DNA of 64,000 bases, from NCBI RefSeq assembly GCF_964355755.1, contig NC_092679.1, forward strand, positions 3,502,201-3,566,200. The letters run 5' to 3'. The number at the start of each line of letters is the position of its first letter. Positions within the stretch are counted from its first letter, which is position 1. The notes under the pieces were generated by a model. The model was not told where the DNA came from, searched no databases, and saw nothing but the letters and a program-made list of their open reading frames with translations. Source of the DNA: Antedon mediterranea. Its lineage: Eukaryota; Animalia; Echinodermata. A program made the translations under genes and the position numbers. Shown here in pieces: positions 11,443 to 23,239 of the stretch.

Positions 11443-14400
11443 ATGAGTGACATTACGCCAAGCAAGATGAAAGTTGCAGAACTTCGTCAAGAATTGCAAG
11501 CGCGTGGTTTGGATAGCAAGGGAGTGAAGGCCGTGCTGGTGCAGCGTTTGGAAGAATCTCTTGTCGAGGTGGAGGATGAAACAGAGGAGAAACAGGTAGC
11601 AGAGGAAGCTGCTGCTGAGGTTGAAGAGCCTGAAGTTGCAGAAGAGGCTACAGAGGATGAACCACCTTTGGACGCCGAAGTTGAACAAGAAGAAGATGAT
11701 AATGCAGAAGAAGAAGCACCTTTACCTGAAGAACAGGAAATAAAGGTAAATTTTAGCTTACTGTAAATATCGCTCAATTTCTATACAATTTTGCTGTCTA
11801 TTTTATTTTTTGTCTTCTTTCATACAAATAGTAAAATTAGCTGATTATTTATTTCATGTCAACAAAATATACAATTTTCAATAAAGATTAAGATTTAAAC
11901 AAACATTAAAAAAAAACGGTTATATAATTTCACTGCTGCATTGTGATTTTGTTAAAATATCTAAATAATTTCTCAATATTTTATTTACAGAATGGAGATG
12001 TAGAGAAAGAAGAACCAATGGAAGAACAGACATCTGAAGCGGTTGAGGATGGAGCCAAAACAGAAGAAGCAGCCGCTGAAGTCACAGAATCGACTGAAGA
12101 AGTTAAAGAAGAAACAACAGAAGAGAAAAAGGAAACTGATGAGATGGAAGTAAAAGAACAAACAGCTGAGGAAGCTGCTGAGGGTGAAAAACCAACAGAC
12201 GGTAGGTTGTTGTTGCGTTTAGTATAATACAGTCAATACTCTTGCTATTGGGAAAGTTTTCAGAGTCCGGTATTTGGAGAGTCGGCTGTATTATACTAAA
12301 CGTAACAAAACTGATAAACAAGGAATCAATTTCACTGACACAGTTTTAATACAGTCAATTAATTAATTTCTTCCAAAGAATTATGAAACTCCTATGATGA
12401 AAGTATACTCCAGTTCTGCAACTGAATGACTGTGATGTTACCCCTCTTACCAAACTTTCTGAGGACAATACCTTTATTTTGTAAATTGCAATAGCTTAGA
12501 AATTCTGCTATAGATTTAATTTAGTATATTTCACAAAAATTTCTAATTTGTGACGATTGAAATTTGTGTTTCTTAACTTTAACAATTGTTCCATTTCAGA
12601 TGAAAATAAAGATGAATCTAAAGGTGTAAAGAGAGACCGGGAAGGTGACGATTATAGGGGGCGACGTGACAGGGGTGATAGAAGGAAAAGGTAAAATTTT
12701 CTTACAATATCAACATTTTGTTGCTTTTTGGAAAATGTATATTTTATAAACAGAAGTAACCTATAGTATGTTGACCATAAATTAAGACGGTAAAAAAGTC
12801 TGGAATTAACTCTTGAACGCCTAAGTTCTGTCTACACTATAAAACTTTATGTGACAAAAAATGTGATGTCAGGGCATCATTTATAAGGAGCGCCTGCGCG
12901 ACCGCGCTCCTCCGCGCTCCTCAACAGGCTTCGAGGAGAGCAATTTATCGCGCTCCTTAATTTTCAAAATAGAGCCTAGCTTTTGATAGTGTTGATTTTT
13001 CTGTCAAGAGGCCTAAAAACACGTGGATTTTTAAAAGTTAAAACCAATCTAGGCCTAGGCTAATAATATATAAGCTAAGTTATAAAGCTACAAGCCTAAT
13101 GGCAGTCCCTCGTTTTTAAGGATCGCAAGCGCGATCGCAATCAACAACAACCTTCGAAAAGGAGAGCAATTCATCGCGCTCCATCTCACAGCAGTGCGAG
13201 GTACCAACAAAGGGGATTCCCCTGCCTGCGCGCATTCAAGGAAGGGCGAGTTTACTTTATCGCCTCATAGTGCAACCAGTACGGTGTCATAGAAACACCT
13301 CCTTTACAGGAAGATCATATCCCAACCAATAATTTTTCCCTTTATGTTTTTATGGAACGAGTTAATAAAATATATTTAATTTTAAAAGGAAACATTAATA
13401 TAGGAGGCCTAAATATAATGTTTATTATTTAAAAAAGCTTAGCTGCTGGTTGCTTTAATTATGTCATTTTGAAGATGGATTATTTCTTCGAAAGTTCTAA
13501 CCAATTTTGGTCACTCAAATCCTCCTCAAAACACGTGCTGATGTGTGACGTCAGCATCTTCTAGAAGCTCTCTCAGCCCTCCCCTATATTGTGCGTGCGC
13601 CCATGTGTGACACATGTAAACACGATCAAATATCTTTCTTAATTATTTTAAAATGACACTTTGTAACTTATTATCAATATTTTAATGGCTGTTGCATGTT
13701 AGAATTGTATAATTTATGAATTGCAGGTAAATACTTTTCAGGTTTTCTGTCTGATTTCTAGGCCAACAAGCTAGGCTAGAAAAGCTAGGCATATAAAATT
13801 ATAGTTGGCCAGGACAGGATTCTCCAGGCTCCTGAAACCCAATCTACCCAGGCAGGCCATAAAAAAAAAATTGGCTTGAGTTTTTTGTACTGTAGAATAA
13901 TACGATCCCCACGGAAAATATTGTGTGTAAAGGTGGGTGTGGGGGATTTTAGGGGAGAGGTACAGTATACATCTGTTGTGCCCGTGGGGGGGGGGGGGTT
14001 ATCCCCTGTCGGGCAAAAAAATGTGTAAAAAAAATTAATAAGTGCCAGCCATTTTTAATAAGGGCGACCATCCTTTAACTTCAACATAAATATTTGAGGA
14101 GAGCGATTTAAAATTTTTGCAAGGAGAGCGAATTGCTCTCCTCGGTGATTTGAGGAGAGCGATTTGTTGCTCTCCTGGGTTTTGCATACGTGATGCCCTG
14201 TGATGTGCCCATATATGGACATGAAGATGTCATATCACTACCATATTTGGGCACATTACACTTTTTTTGGCAAACTAGTTTGCTAGTGTGGTCTAAAATG
14301 ACAAGTTTTCAACATAAATCAAAGAGAAGATAACAATTCTGGATAAAAGAATATGTAAATAGACACCTTACTTCTTTTTTTTTATAGATCTCGATCAAAA

Positions 14401-17400
14401 TCACCGCTTCCTCCACCCCCAGAAGAAGAGGAGGATGGTATTCCAGAAACTGAGTGTGTAACTAGTAAATGTAAGTTTTTACCACTTAATTAAAGTTTGC
14501 ACTACAAATAAATATAAGGTTTGTGGTACACCATGTAATGTCATTCCATAATTTTATATTCAACATGCTGTTAATATTCTGCTCTGTTCATTTAAATTAA
14601 AATAATACAGGAAGTAGGATAATTTTCCATTCCTATTGCTATTATTTCACCTGTAAAATTGTTTCCCAATCTAGTTTAATTAATTTTTAGTTTAGATATT
14701 TCAACAATCCTATGATGAAAGTATACTCCAGTTCTGCAACTGAATGACTGTGATGTTACCCCTCTTACCAAACTTTCTGAGGACAAACAAAATATTATTT
14801 TGTAATTTGGGATATTTTGTAAAATGACTAGAATAAATGATTATGTTGAATTGAAGGTCGTGCCTTCTATTATAGCAATTACCATTGTACTAAAATGATG
14901 GTACAATGAATAACTTATTTACATAAAGCTCTGTCTACACTATCAAACTAGTTTAACAAAAAGGTTTGATGTACCCAAATATTGTAGTGATATCCCCAAA
15001 TATGGTAGTGATATGACCAAATATGGTAGTGATATGACCAAATATGGTAGTGATATGATGTCATCCATATCCATCCATATTACAGTTGGTTTGATCTAAC
15101 AATAGTTAATGGTCTTATTTATATTACTATGTTGCACTTAATGATGATTAATGTATAATAAACCCTTAATGCTTCTATATTTTTCAGATATTTCCGATTT
15201 GAACTTAAAGGTTGCAAAGGATGGCTACTCAATGTTTCCACTGACAAACGAAGGCTTTGCTTATCTCTGGGCAGGTGCCAAAGCAACTCATGGTGTCAAC
15301 AAGGGAAAGATCTACTTTGAAATTAAGGTATGGACACCCACACTTCCCTCAACTGATATTATTTATATAGCCTTTTCAGTAAAGCTATGTCTATCAAACT
15401 AGTTTACAAAAAAAAATGTGATGGTAGTGATATGACATCATGTTTTTGTCACATAAACTTTAATAGTGTTGACAGAGCTTTAGACTACAGATCTTTGGCC
15501 TGTTAAACACATGCTTTCTGGAGACCAAACCTGAAAAATACCAGTGACACTGATCCAAATATATGTCAGTTGTATTGAATCTGAGGCCAGGACTTGCATA
15601 TGTTTACTATCAAAATAGAAGTCTTTGTTAAAACCATTCCAGGCATTCTATTAATTGAGGTACAATTATTTTTCAGTTGACAGAACATTTGGATGTAAAA
15701 CATTTACCACCCGAAGAAACGAGCAGGACGGTTGTACGAATTGGTTGGTCAACGGACAATACATCTCTACAACTAGGTAAGCCACTTTAACGCTATTTAT
15801 CAATGAAAGTATACTGCATTTGTGTAATTGAATTGCTGTGAAGTTATTTGGTCAGATGTTTGCCATAATCAGCAGCACAAGCTCTGTGGTCTAGAGGTAT
15901 GAGCACCAGGCTAGTGATCTACATGTCATGGGTTCAAGCATTCTCCAATTTTCTTACTACTTAATTGAACAAACACCAATTTTTTTTTTTCAATTGTATT
16001 ACAGGTGAAGAAGAATTTTCATATGGGTATGGAGGAACTGCCAAGATCTCCACGAAATGCAAATTCTCCGATTACGGCGAGAAGTTTGGAGAAGGTGATG
16101 TGATTGGTACTGTTCTGGTAAGAAGGTTTATATTTATATATATATTAGTTTAATGGTTGAGTCCGTTATCTTGTTATACTTAGTGTCAGTACTAGAATAC
16201 TCCTATGATGAAAGTATACTCCAGTTCTGCAACTGAATGACTGTGATGTTACCCCTCTTACCAAACTTTCTGAGGACAAACAAAGTTTTATTTTGATTGT
16301 GCAATAGGTACAAAAATTGTGTACTTAAAGCTCTGTCTACACTATCAAAGTTTGACAACAAAAAAGTGTGATGTGGCCAAAATATGGTAGTGTAATATAA
16401 TATGTAATATACCCAAATATGACATCATCATATCTATATATGGGCACATCACATTTTTTTGTCACAAAGTTTGATAGTGTAGACACTGCATTATAGTTAA
16501 TAATCAAAATATAGTATTATTGTTGAATTAAAATTATTTTGTCTAAATTATAAAAAAAAATGTCTAATGCTTTTATAGGATTTCACTGGAGAGAAACCAA
16601 CTATCTCATACACCAAGAATGGTACTGATCTTGGGGTCGCATTCACAATTGAAGAAGATCTAGGTGACGCAGCCCTGTTCCCAAGTTTTCTTGTCAAGAA
16701 CACTGCTATTGATGTCAACTATGGCCAAAAGGTAAAAACATAACTTCATTTTGATTTCCCAACACGTTCAAGCATGCAGTTCCTGTGATGAAAGTATACT
16801 CCAGTTCTGCAACTGATTGACTGTGATGTTACCCCTCTTACCAAACTTTCTGAGGAATTTACTGTGTCACTGCTGGCCATAGTGAAAGCAGTTACATTAT
16901 TTTAGTCCTGTTATGATGATACAGTCAATTCTCCGAATACGGGACTCTCTGAAAATCAGAAACTTCAACAAGGTCCCAAATTCATTTTTGCCGCTATAAC
17001 ACCAGACATATAAGGCCAGCCCAAAGGTGTCCGGTATTAGGAGAGTTGACTGTACCATAATTTTGCTTGATTTTGTGTTCAAAGAGGCTTGAACAATTCA
17101 GTGTATGCTGAAATACTTAATATCATTGTTTTTTCAATTACAGGAGGAACCATACTTTGCACCGCCAGAGGATGCTACATTTATTGGTAAATTGGACGTA
17201 GAAGATAGAGTGAGAGGGCCTTTACCACCAGCTTCAAGGAAAGAGTGTGAGGTAAGATTAATTTCCAAGTATGTGTGTATGTACACATTTTCTGGGTCAC
17301 GGACCAAATAAGTCTATTCATATACCGATGTGATCGGTACTTGTCTGGTAAGGAGGTTTATATTCACAGTAGTTTATTAATTTAATAATCAAGTCTGTTA

Positions 17401-20400
17401 CTTAAAGTTATACTTAGTTTCAGTAATAGAATACTCCTATGATGAAAGTATACTCCAGTTCTGCAACTGAATGACTGTGATGTTACCCCTCTTACCAAAC
17501 TTTCTGAGGACAAATAAGTTTGTTTTTTTCGATACTGCAATAGTTAAAAATCGTGTAGTCAATTGTCAAATTTTATCAAGGTATTGAGAGAGTTGACTGT
17601 ATTTGTATATTGCATAAACATTGTCTAGTTTTTATTAATTGTTCAACAATAATTTGTACAGATTCTTATGATGTGTGGTCTGCCAGCAGCAGGTAAAACC
17701 TACTGGGCATTGAATCATTGCAAAGAAAATCCAGAGAAAAAATTCTATGTGCTGGGAACGAACCTTATCATGGAAAAGATGAAGGTTGGTATTCTGCATT
17801 TCTGTTTTTATTTATTATTTTTTTAATGCTGTGGGGAATATCCAATATTCTAAATGTATTTATTACGAATTGGTATTTAGTTTTTTCTAGTGCTTCAAAT
17901 ACTGCATTAGATATGTAACACACACATATAGAAGACAAAAAGTCAATACTTAAGTGCATGTTTGTACACGTTTTGTTCCTGTCCACTGGATTAGTTATCA
18001 CTTAATTATTGTGGTTTTTATTTTAGTTGGAATGTTCTTTGGTACTATTCTTGTAGCTATCTTCTTCTGAGGACACATGACCATCATTGACGTGTACCCG
18101 TGATCTATATTTATACCATGCTATACACTTAATTTTAATTTGTTAGGTGATGGGATTACCACGAAAGAAGAACTATAGTGGTCGGTGGGATGTTTTGATC
18201 CAAACTGCAACCAAGTGTCTTAATCGGTGGTTCGAGATTGCACCACGGAAACGAAGAAACTACATTTTAGATCAGGTAAAGAAAGTGGTCAAAATATCCT
18301 TCTTACTAATCATTCCTTCATTTCAGGGCTAGAAAGAAAGTATTAGATCCGATATTAATAAAATTGCGATAATTGGCAATTTATGAAGAATTATTTGATA
18401 GAACAAATGCTAGTGCAGTACTGTATATTGACTGAATCGGCCAGGAAAAAAAATGCTTTACGCGAACTTTCCTACATCATGTTGAAAAATAAACTGCCAG
18501 AATTTGAAGGATATAGTACAATGGAAATAATGCAACAATATACTTAAGCAGATATTATGAAGAAACAATTAAATAATGAAGAAACAATTAAATAATGATA
18601 TAACACTATGGAAAGGGATGTGATGTTATTAAAAGCATTCTCTTAAAAAAGATAATGTCAACCACTATATGTAATAAGAGATATGTAATAATAATGTATA
18701 ATACTGAGGTGGGTTTTTAAATTTATACTTGTTTTTTATGAGGATGTATTTCTAACAGGTAAGTAGAAATAAAGGTAGGTGATTTGTAGTATTAAGTAGT
18801 TTTAAGTACTAAAAACGGCCAATCAAGTTAACACAGGTAGGTATGCAATTTTTATTTTGTTGTAGATGAGATAATGTTAGGACAGGATTAGGAGACAAGT
18901 ATTGCATCTGGAGAGATTAAAGATACGGAGATAACATACTCCCTATCATGGTGAGATAACCGAAGATCTGTAACTATTTGCGTGCCAATACAATGACAAT
19001 ATTATTAACGTCTTGGAAAGTGGAATTACGAAACATTTAATGACGGAAGGAAATGCATAGACCTGTCTCCTTAAGAGCTTCATGAATGGAAATCGCGATT
19101 GATACTTCTCATCAGAAAAAAAAACTTAATAAGGATAATATTGATGTAAAACGTGATATCTAAAAGAAGCAACAAACAAGACACTGTAATAACAAGTGAA
19201 CATACATCAAGATCAGCTTATCGCAACATATTTGTAGTAGCCAGCAATAATGAAAATAGAAAATGTATTTATAAATCCTGCAGCTTGACCATACAGTGAT
19301 AAGATAACATAGCTTACATTGACGCATTGCTATTAAATTTTGCTCTTTTTTTTGTTTTTTTAATAATAGTGCTCGTAAAGTTTAAAATTTTGATTGCTTT
19401 ATTATATTGTCATCTTCCAGTATGCAACTATGAGATTTGTTTTTCATGATAGATTAAACATTTTAGAAATTAACAATAGACAAGAATTTTTTCACAGGTT
19501 TTTTGGTAAGTATTGAAGAAATTGAGAATAAAGTTGAAGAAAAGTAGTGGAGAAAAAAAAAACTTAACAATATTGATGATCATTTCTCCCATATATGCTC
19601 TTGTCAGACAAATGTGTACGCTTCAGCCCAAAGAAGAAAAATGCGCCCCTTTGAGGGCTTCACACGAAAGGCGATCGTAATTGTCCCTACAGAGGAGATA
19701 CTAAAAGAGCGAACTGAAAAACGAACTAAGGAAGAAGGCAAAGAAATTCCCGAGAGCGCTGTAAATGAAATGAAAGGTAGGAAGTGATCGCCATTTATTG
19801 GACTAAAAATGGGGAGTAACTGAATGGGTTAACGATCCGAGCTCTCCCGTGGGAAGGAGGGGAACTGGTGTTACTTTTTGTTACCACTACATGATTTTAA
19901 CATTTTAGTAATTTATCTTTTCTAATTAGCAAATTTTGTGTTGCCAATTGACGATGAAAAGTGTGGGTTCGATGAGGTGACTTACGTCGAACTGGATAAA
20001 GAAGAAGCAACCAAACTTGTAGACAAGTTCAACAAGGATGGACGCGCCGCTCTTCCACCGCCTGATAAGCGATTCCGAGGTGGTGATCGAGATCGTGGCC
20101 ACAACAGAAACCAAGGTGGCTACAATCGATATGGAGGTGGTGGTAGCCCACGTGGTGGATATCGTGATGACCGTAGAGGTGGTTATGGTGGTGGTGGGCG
20201 TGGCGGTGGATACCGACAAGGCGGTGGAGGCGGTTACAGAGACAACAGAGATAGACGAGGAGGTGGAGGTAAATTTATTTTATTTTTTTTAGTACCTAGA
20301 TTAATCTCGCTTTTACAAATCTAAATTATTTAGTCATTTCATCTATTTTGGTTGGCCGTAGAAGTTTTATACTTAAAATTGATTATATTTAAATGTAACG

Positions 20401-21039
20401 CAGGAATGAGAGGAGGAGGAGGATATGGGGGCCGAGGAGGTGGATACGGAGGAGGAGGTGGTGGCGGCTACAGAGGTAGTCGAGGAGGAAGTGGAGGAGG
20501 TTACCGTGGAAGTGGAGGAGGTGGTGGCTCAGGAGGCCGAAGCAGTTATGGTGGCGGCGGTAATCGCAACCAATCGAGCTATGGTAGTGGTGGTGGTAGC
20601 TACCAGAAACGTGATTCCGGAAACCGATACAATCAGAACCAGGTAAAGTATTCAAAAATTGTATTTATCTCATAAGTGGTAATAATTAAACTGAACTAAA
20701 TATACAGCCAATGACTTGTTTTTTTAACTAATTTTCATTTTATTCTTCTAGTCAAGCTACGGTAGCTCAAGTTATGGACCTGGAAGTGGTGGCAGTAGCT
20801 ACAACAGCGGCAGTAGCTACAATCAAGGCAGCGGCGGCTACGGATCTGGAGCCCACAGCGGCAGCAGCAGTGGAAGCTACGACTCGTACAATCAATCGAA
20901 CTACGCTCAGCAATACCAGCAATATGCCCAACAATACCAACAGTATCAACAATACTACCAACAGAATCCTCAATATGCGCAACAATACGCGCAGTATTAC
21001 GGCAACTACAACAACTACAACCAGAGTGGCTCGTCATAA
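11443..21039 (+). CDS. HNRNPUL1: hnRNP U / hnRNP U-like (SAF-A family): SAP, acidic region, SPRY, P-loop, RGG and Q/Y-rich tail; 15 coding exons (11443-11745, 11991-12201, 12600-12690, 14388-14470, 15188-15327, 15677-15776, 16005-16117, 16579-16731, 17144-17251, 17662-17784, 18147-18275, 19608-19776, 19930-20268, 20404-20642, 20752-21039)
   Basis: [31 protein letters not shown]; [30 protein letters not shown] and [12 protein letters not shown]; Walker [12 protein letters not shown]; [25 protein letters not shown]; RGG repeats; YQQY tail. Probably co-orthologous to HNRNPU/UL1/UL2, so the symbol is approximate. Confidence 0.92.
12390..12465 (+). ncRNA. Intronic box C/D snoRNA, SNORD38/snR61-like, copy 1
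   Basis: TCCT..AGGA terminal stem, box C ATGATGA, guide CCAGTTCTGC, D' CTGA, C'-like GTGATGT, second element CTTACCAAA, box D CTGA; 76 nt. Confidence 0.88.
12870..14200. mobile_element. hAT-like non-autonomous element nested in a Harbinger MITE
   Basis: Termini CAGGGCATCA..TGATGCCCTG; duplicated flank tgatgt; subterminal gcgctcct/gaggagagc repeats; the MITE halves rejoin if it is removed. Confidence 0.75.
14708..14783 (+). ncRNA. Intronic box C/D snoRNA, SNORD38/snR61-like, copy 2
   Basis: Same 76-nt sequence as copy 1. Confidence 0.88.
15803..15846 (+). pseudogene. Decayed partial copy of the same snoRNA
   Basis: atgaaagtatactgcatttgtgtaattgaattgctgtgaagtta aligns without gaps to atgaaagtatactccagttctgcaactgaatgactgtgatgtta; guide and D' box mutated, 3' half absent. 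Confidence 0.7.
15881..15946 (+). mobile_element. tRNA-derived SINE head or tRNA pseudogene fragment
   Basis: A-box-like gtggtctagagg and B-box-like ggttcaagc at tRNA spacing; no complete cloverleaf. Confidence 0.45.
16201..16276 (+). ncRNA. Intronic box C/D snoRNA, SNORD38/snR61-like, copy 3
   Basis: Same 76-nt sequence as copy 1. Confidence 0.88.
16781..16856 (+). ncRNA. Intronic box C/D snoRNA, SNORD38/snR61-like, copy 4
   Basis: Two substitutions, both tolerated: box C GTGATGA is still RUGAUGA, and one change is in the D'-C' spacer. Confidence 0.88.
16922..17052. mobile_element. Tc1/mariner-pogo type MITE (related pieces near 1943-2059, 12228-12290, 17559-17601, 52688-52865)
   Basis: TA|CAGTCAATTCTCC..GGAGAGTTGACTG|TA: terminal inverted repeats with TA TSD. 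Confidence 0.75.
17435..17510 (+). ncRNA. Intronic box C/D snoRNA, SNORD38/snR61-like, copy 5
   Basis: Same 76-nt sequence as copy 1. Confidence 0.88.
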
Positions 21040-22026
21040 AATGAGCATTTGCCGTTTTTATATATTAGCATTTGATCATGATGTATGTATGATTAACAGT
21101 TTTATTGTTAGACTTGTTTTCGACAAGTTATCTCGTTTAGTTAATCATGTACTCATGCACAGTGTGCGCTTTGTAAATATTGACTCGAAATCTCCTTAAG
21201 TTTGTACTCAATAAATGTTGAACGTGTAAAACAATAAGAAATGTTCACCAAAATTGTTAGAATATTAACATACATACATAAGCTTCTTAAATATATTAAA
21301 TGTAAATCTGAATATGTTGGATTTAAGGATTGAATAAATACCACAACCAGATTTAGGATTATAAGTGTGTTTAAAAGTAGTAAACTAGTTTTTATCGGTT
21401 TAAATGTAATTATTTGAGTATTAGGACGTTTTATATCTTTTTCCCCTTTTAAATTTTCTTTAAAATAGTGATGTATTGTGCGACGTGTACTTTGGTTTTA
21501 GACGGTATAACAAATATATTGATGTATGTATTGATACATCTTGGGATGATGAAAATTATTAGTGAATAATTTTGTTATGAGGAACAGAAGTTTACCCATT
21601 TTGAAAATAAACTCTTTTCACAAGTTGAATATGTACACCTTTCATTTTCATCGCTGTTTGAATTACTGTACATGGTACTACCTCTAACATTTCCAACCTT
21701 GAAAGAGAGAAACTGTAATACTAAAGTGATATATTATTCTCTTTGTGTACAGTACTAATAGTATAGAGTGTGCATGCATTTTGACTAGGCCCAAAGACAG
21801 TATAGGCTACACACCCTCATTAAATCATTGATCAAAGGCGTAGTCTGTTTAATCTAATACACAAAGTGTATATAATAATAATAATGTATTAATAGCCCAT
21901 TACTGTACATACCATACATTTTCAATAAACGCTTTTAGTTATTGCCAGATCTTTACCAAATTGAAAACACCAATAGGTACATGGTCAAGGACCACTTCTT
22001 TGAGGCAAGCCGGACTAGGATCCTAA

Positions 22027-22257
<231 letters not shown>

Positions 22258-22271
22258 TGAAGTTATAAAAG

Positions 22272-22411
22272 ATGCCTGGACGTGGTAAAGGAGGCAAAGC
22301 TATATAAAAGGCTAAGAGCCGATCAAGCCGTGCTGGACTTCAGTTCCCAGTCGGTCGTGTTCACCGATTTTTGCGAAAGGGTAACTACGCTTCCCCAGTC
22401 TACATGGCTGC
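22272..22411 (+). pseudogene. Truncated histone H2A pseudogene fragment
   Basis: atgcctggacgtggtaaaggaggcaaagct..gccgtgctggacttcagttcccagtcggtcgtgttcaccga.. matches the 5' part of the H2A genes at 40565 and 51208, with an early stop/frameshift and an internal deletion. Confidence 0.85.
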
Positions 22412-23239
22412 TTAATAGAAATATTCAGCAACCAGAAGCAACTACAGATCCCATCAATATTGTCTCTAGTCTGTGATCTAGAATAACTGCCAGTCCCATC
22501 CTGGAATATTAGCTCCCCCTTCCATGTGTGTACAACCACAAACTTCCATAAAAATGTTCTAGAATTATGATGTATCGATTGAAGCTGATTTGCATGTAAA
22601 TGTGACACTGACGGGAATGATAATTTTTTACTGGTTTAATATTCACACTAATAAAGACTACCTAGTGAAAATACATGTACCTGTATAGATAAACGTACTG
22701 ATTAACACTGAAAATAATGTGATATGGCATCATTGAACAGAGTAACCAATCAATCAGGACTACGACAATTCTAATCAAGAGCTCGGATATACGGCTACTT
22801 TGTTGCTACAACACGTTCACGATCAAAATGTACTGCTTACTAAAAATAATGTGATATGGCATCGAACAGAGTGACCAATAAGGACTACAACAATTCTAAT
22901 AAAGAAAACGGATGCTCAGATATATGGTTCTTGGCCGCAAAAAAAAATTCACAATCGAATCAAAACAATCTTAGTCATATTTTCCATGGTTTATTATTAC
23001 TAGGATTATTTTTTTAATATGAATCTCTTGTTTGTTCATCATAGAAGCTCAAAAAGACAATTATAATCATGTATTATGGTTATTTGAATTTAACAAGTAA
23101 AATCATATATTTATACCTTTAATATTTGCATAAATGGTTATTATACCTTGGATATACCTTGAACCGTAGGACTTTGAGAACTAGTTCATTTGTCCCTCCA
23201 TTGTCATCAATGAGAACTCCTCGGTAACATATGGGCGAA

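Noticed and set aside
12390-17510. The 76-nt intronic repeat as a MITE or CRISPR repeat
   Set aside because: No long TIR or TSD, always sense strand and one per intron, with C/D boxes and rRNA complementarity.
18380-19350. Possible nested gene or TE coding remnant in the long hnRNP U intron
   Set aside because: The frames I tried hit stops quickly and showed no recognisable motif; needs a translated search.
19926-21199. Several overlapping ORFs rich in V/T/A
   Set aside because: Alternative frames of the low-complexity RGG and SYGQ exons of hnRNP U.
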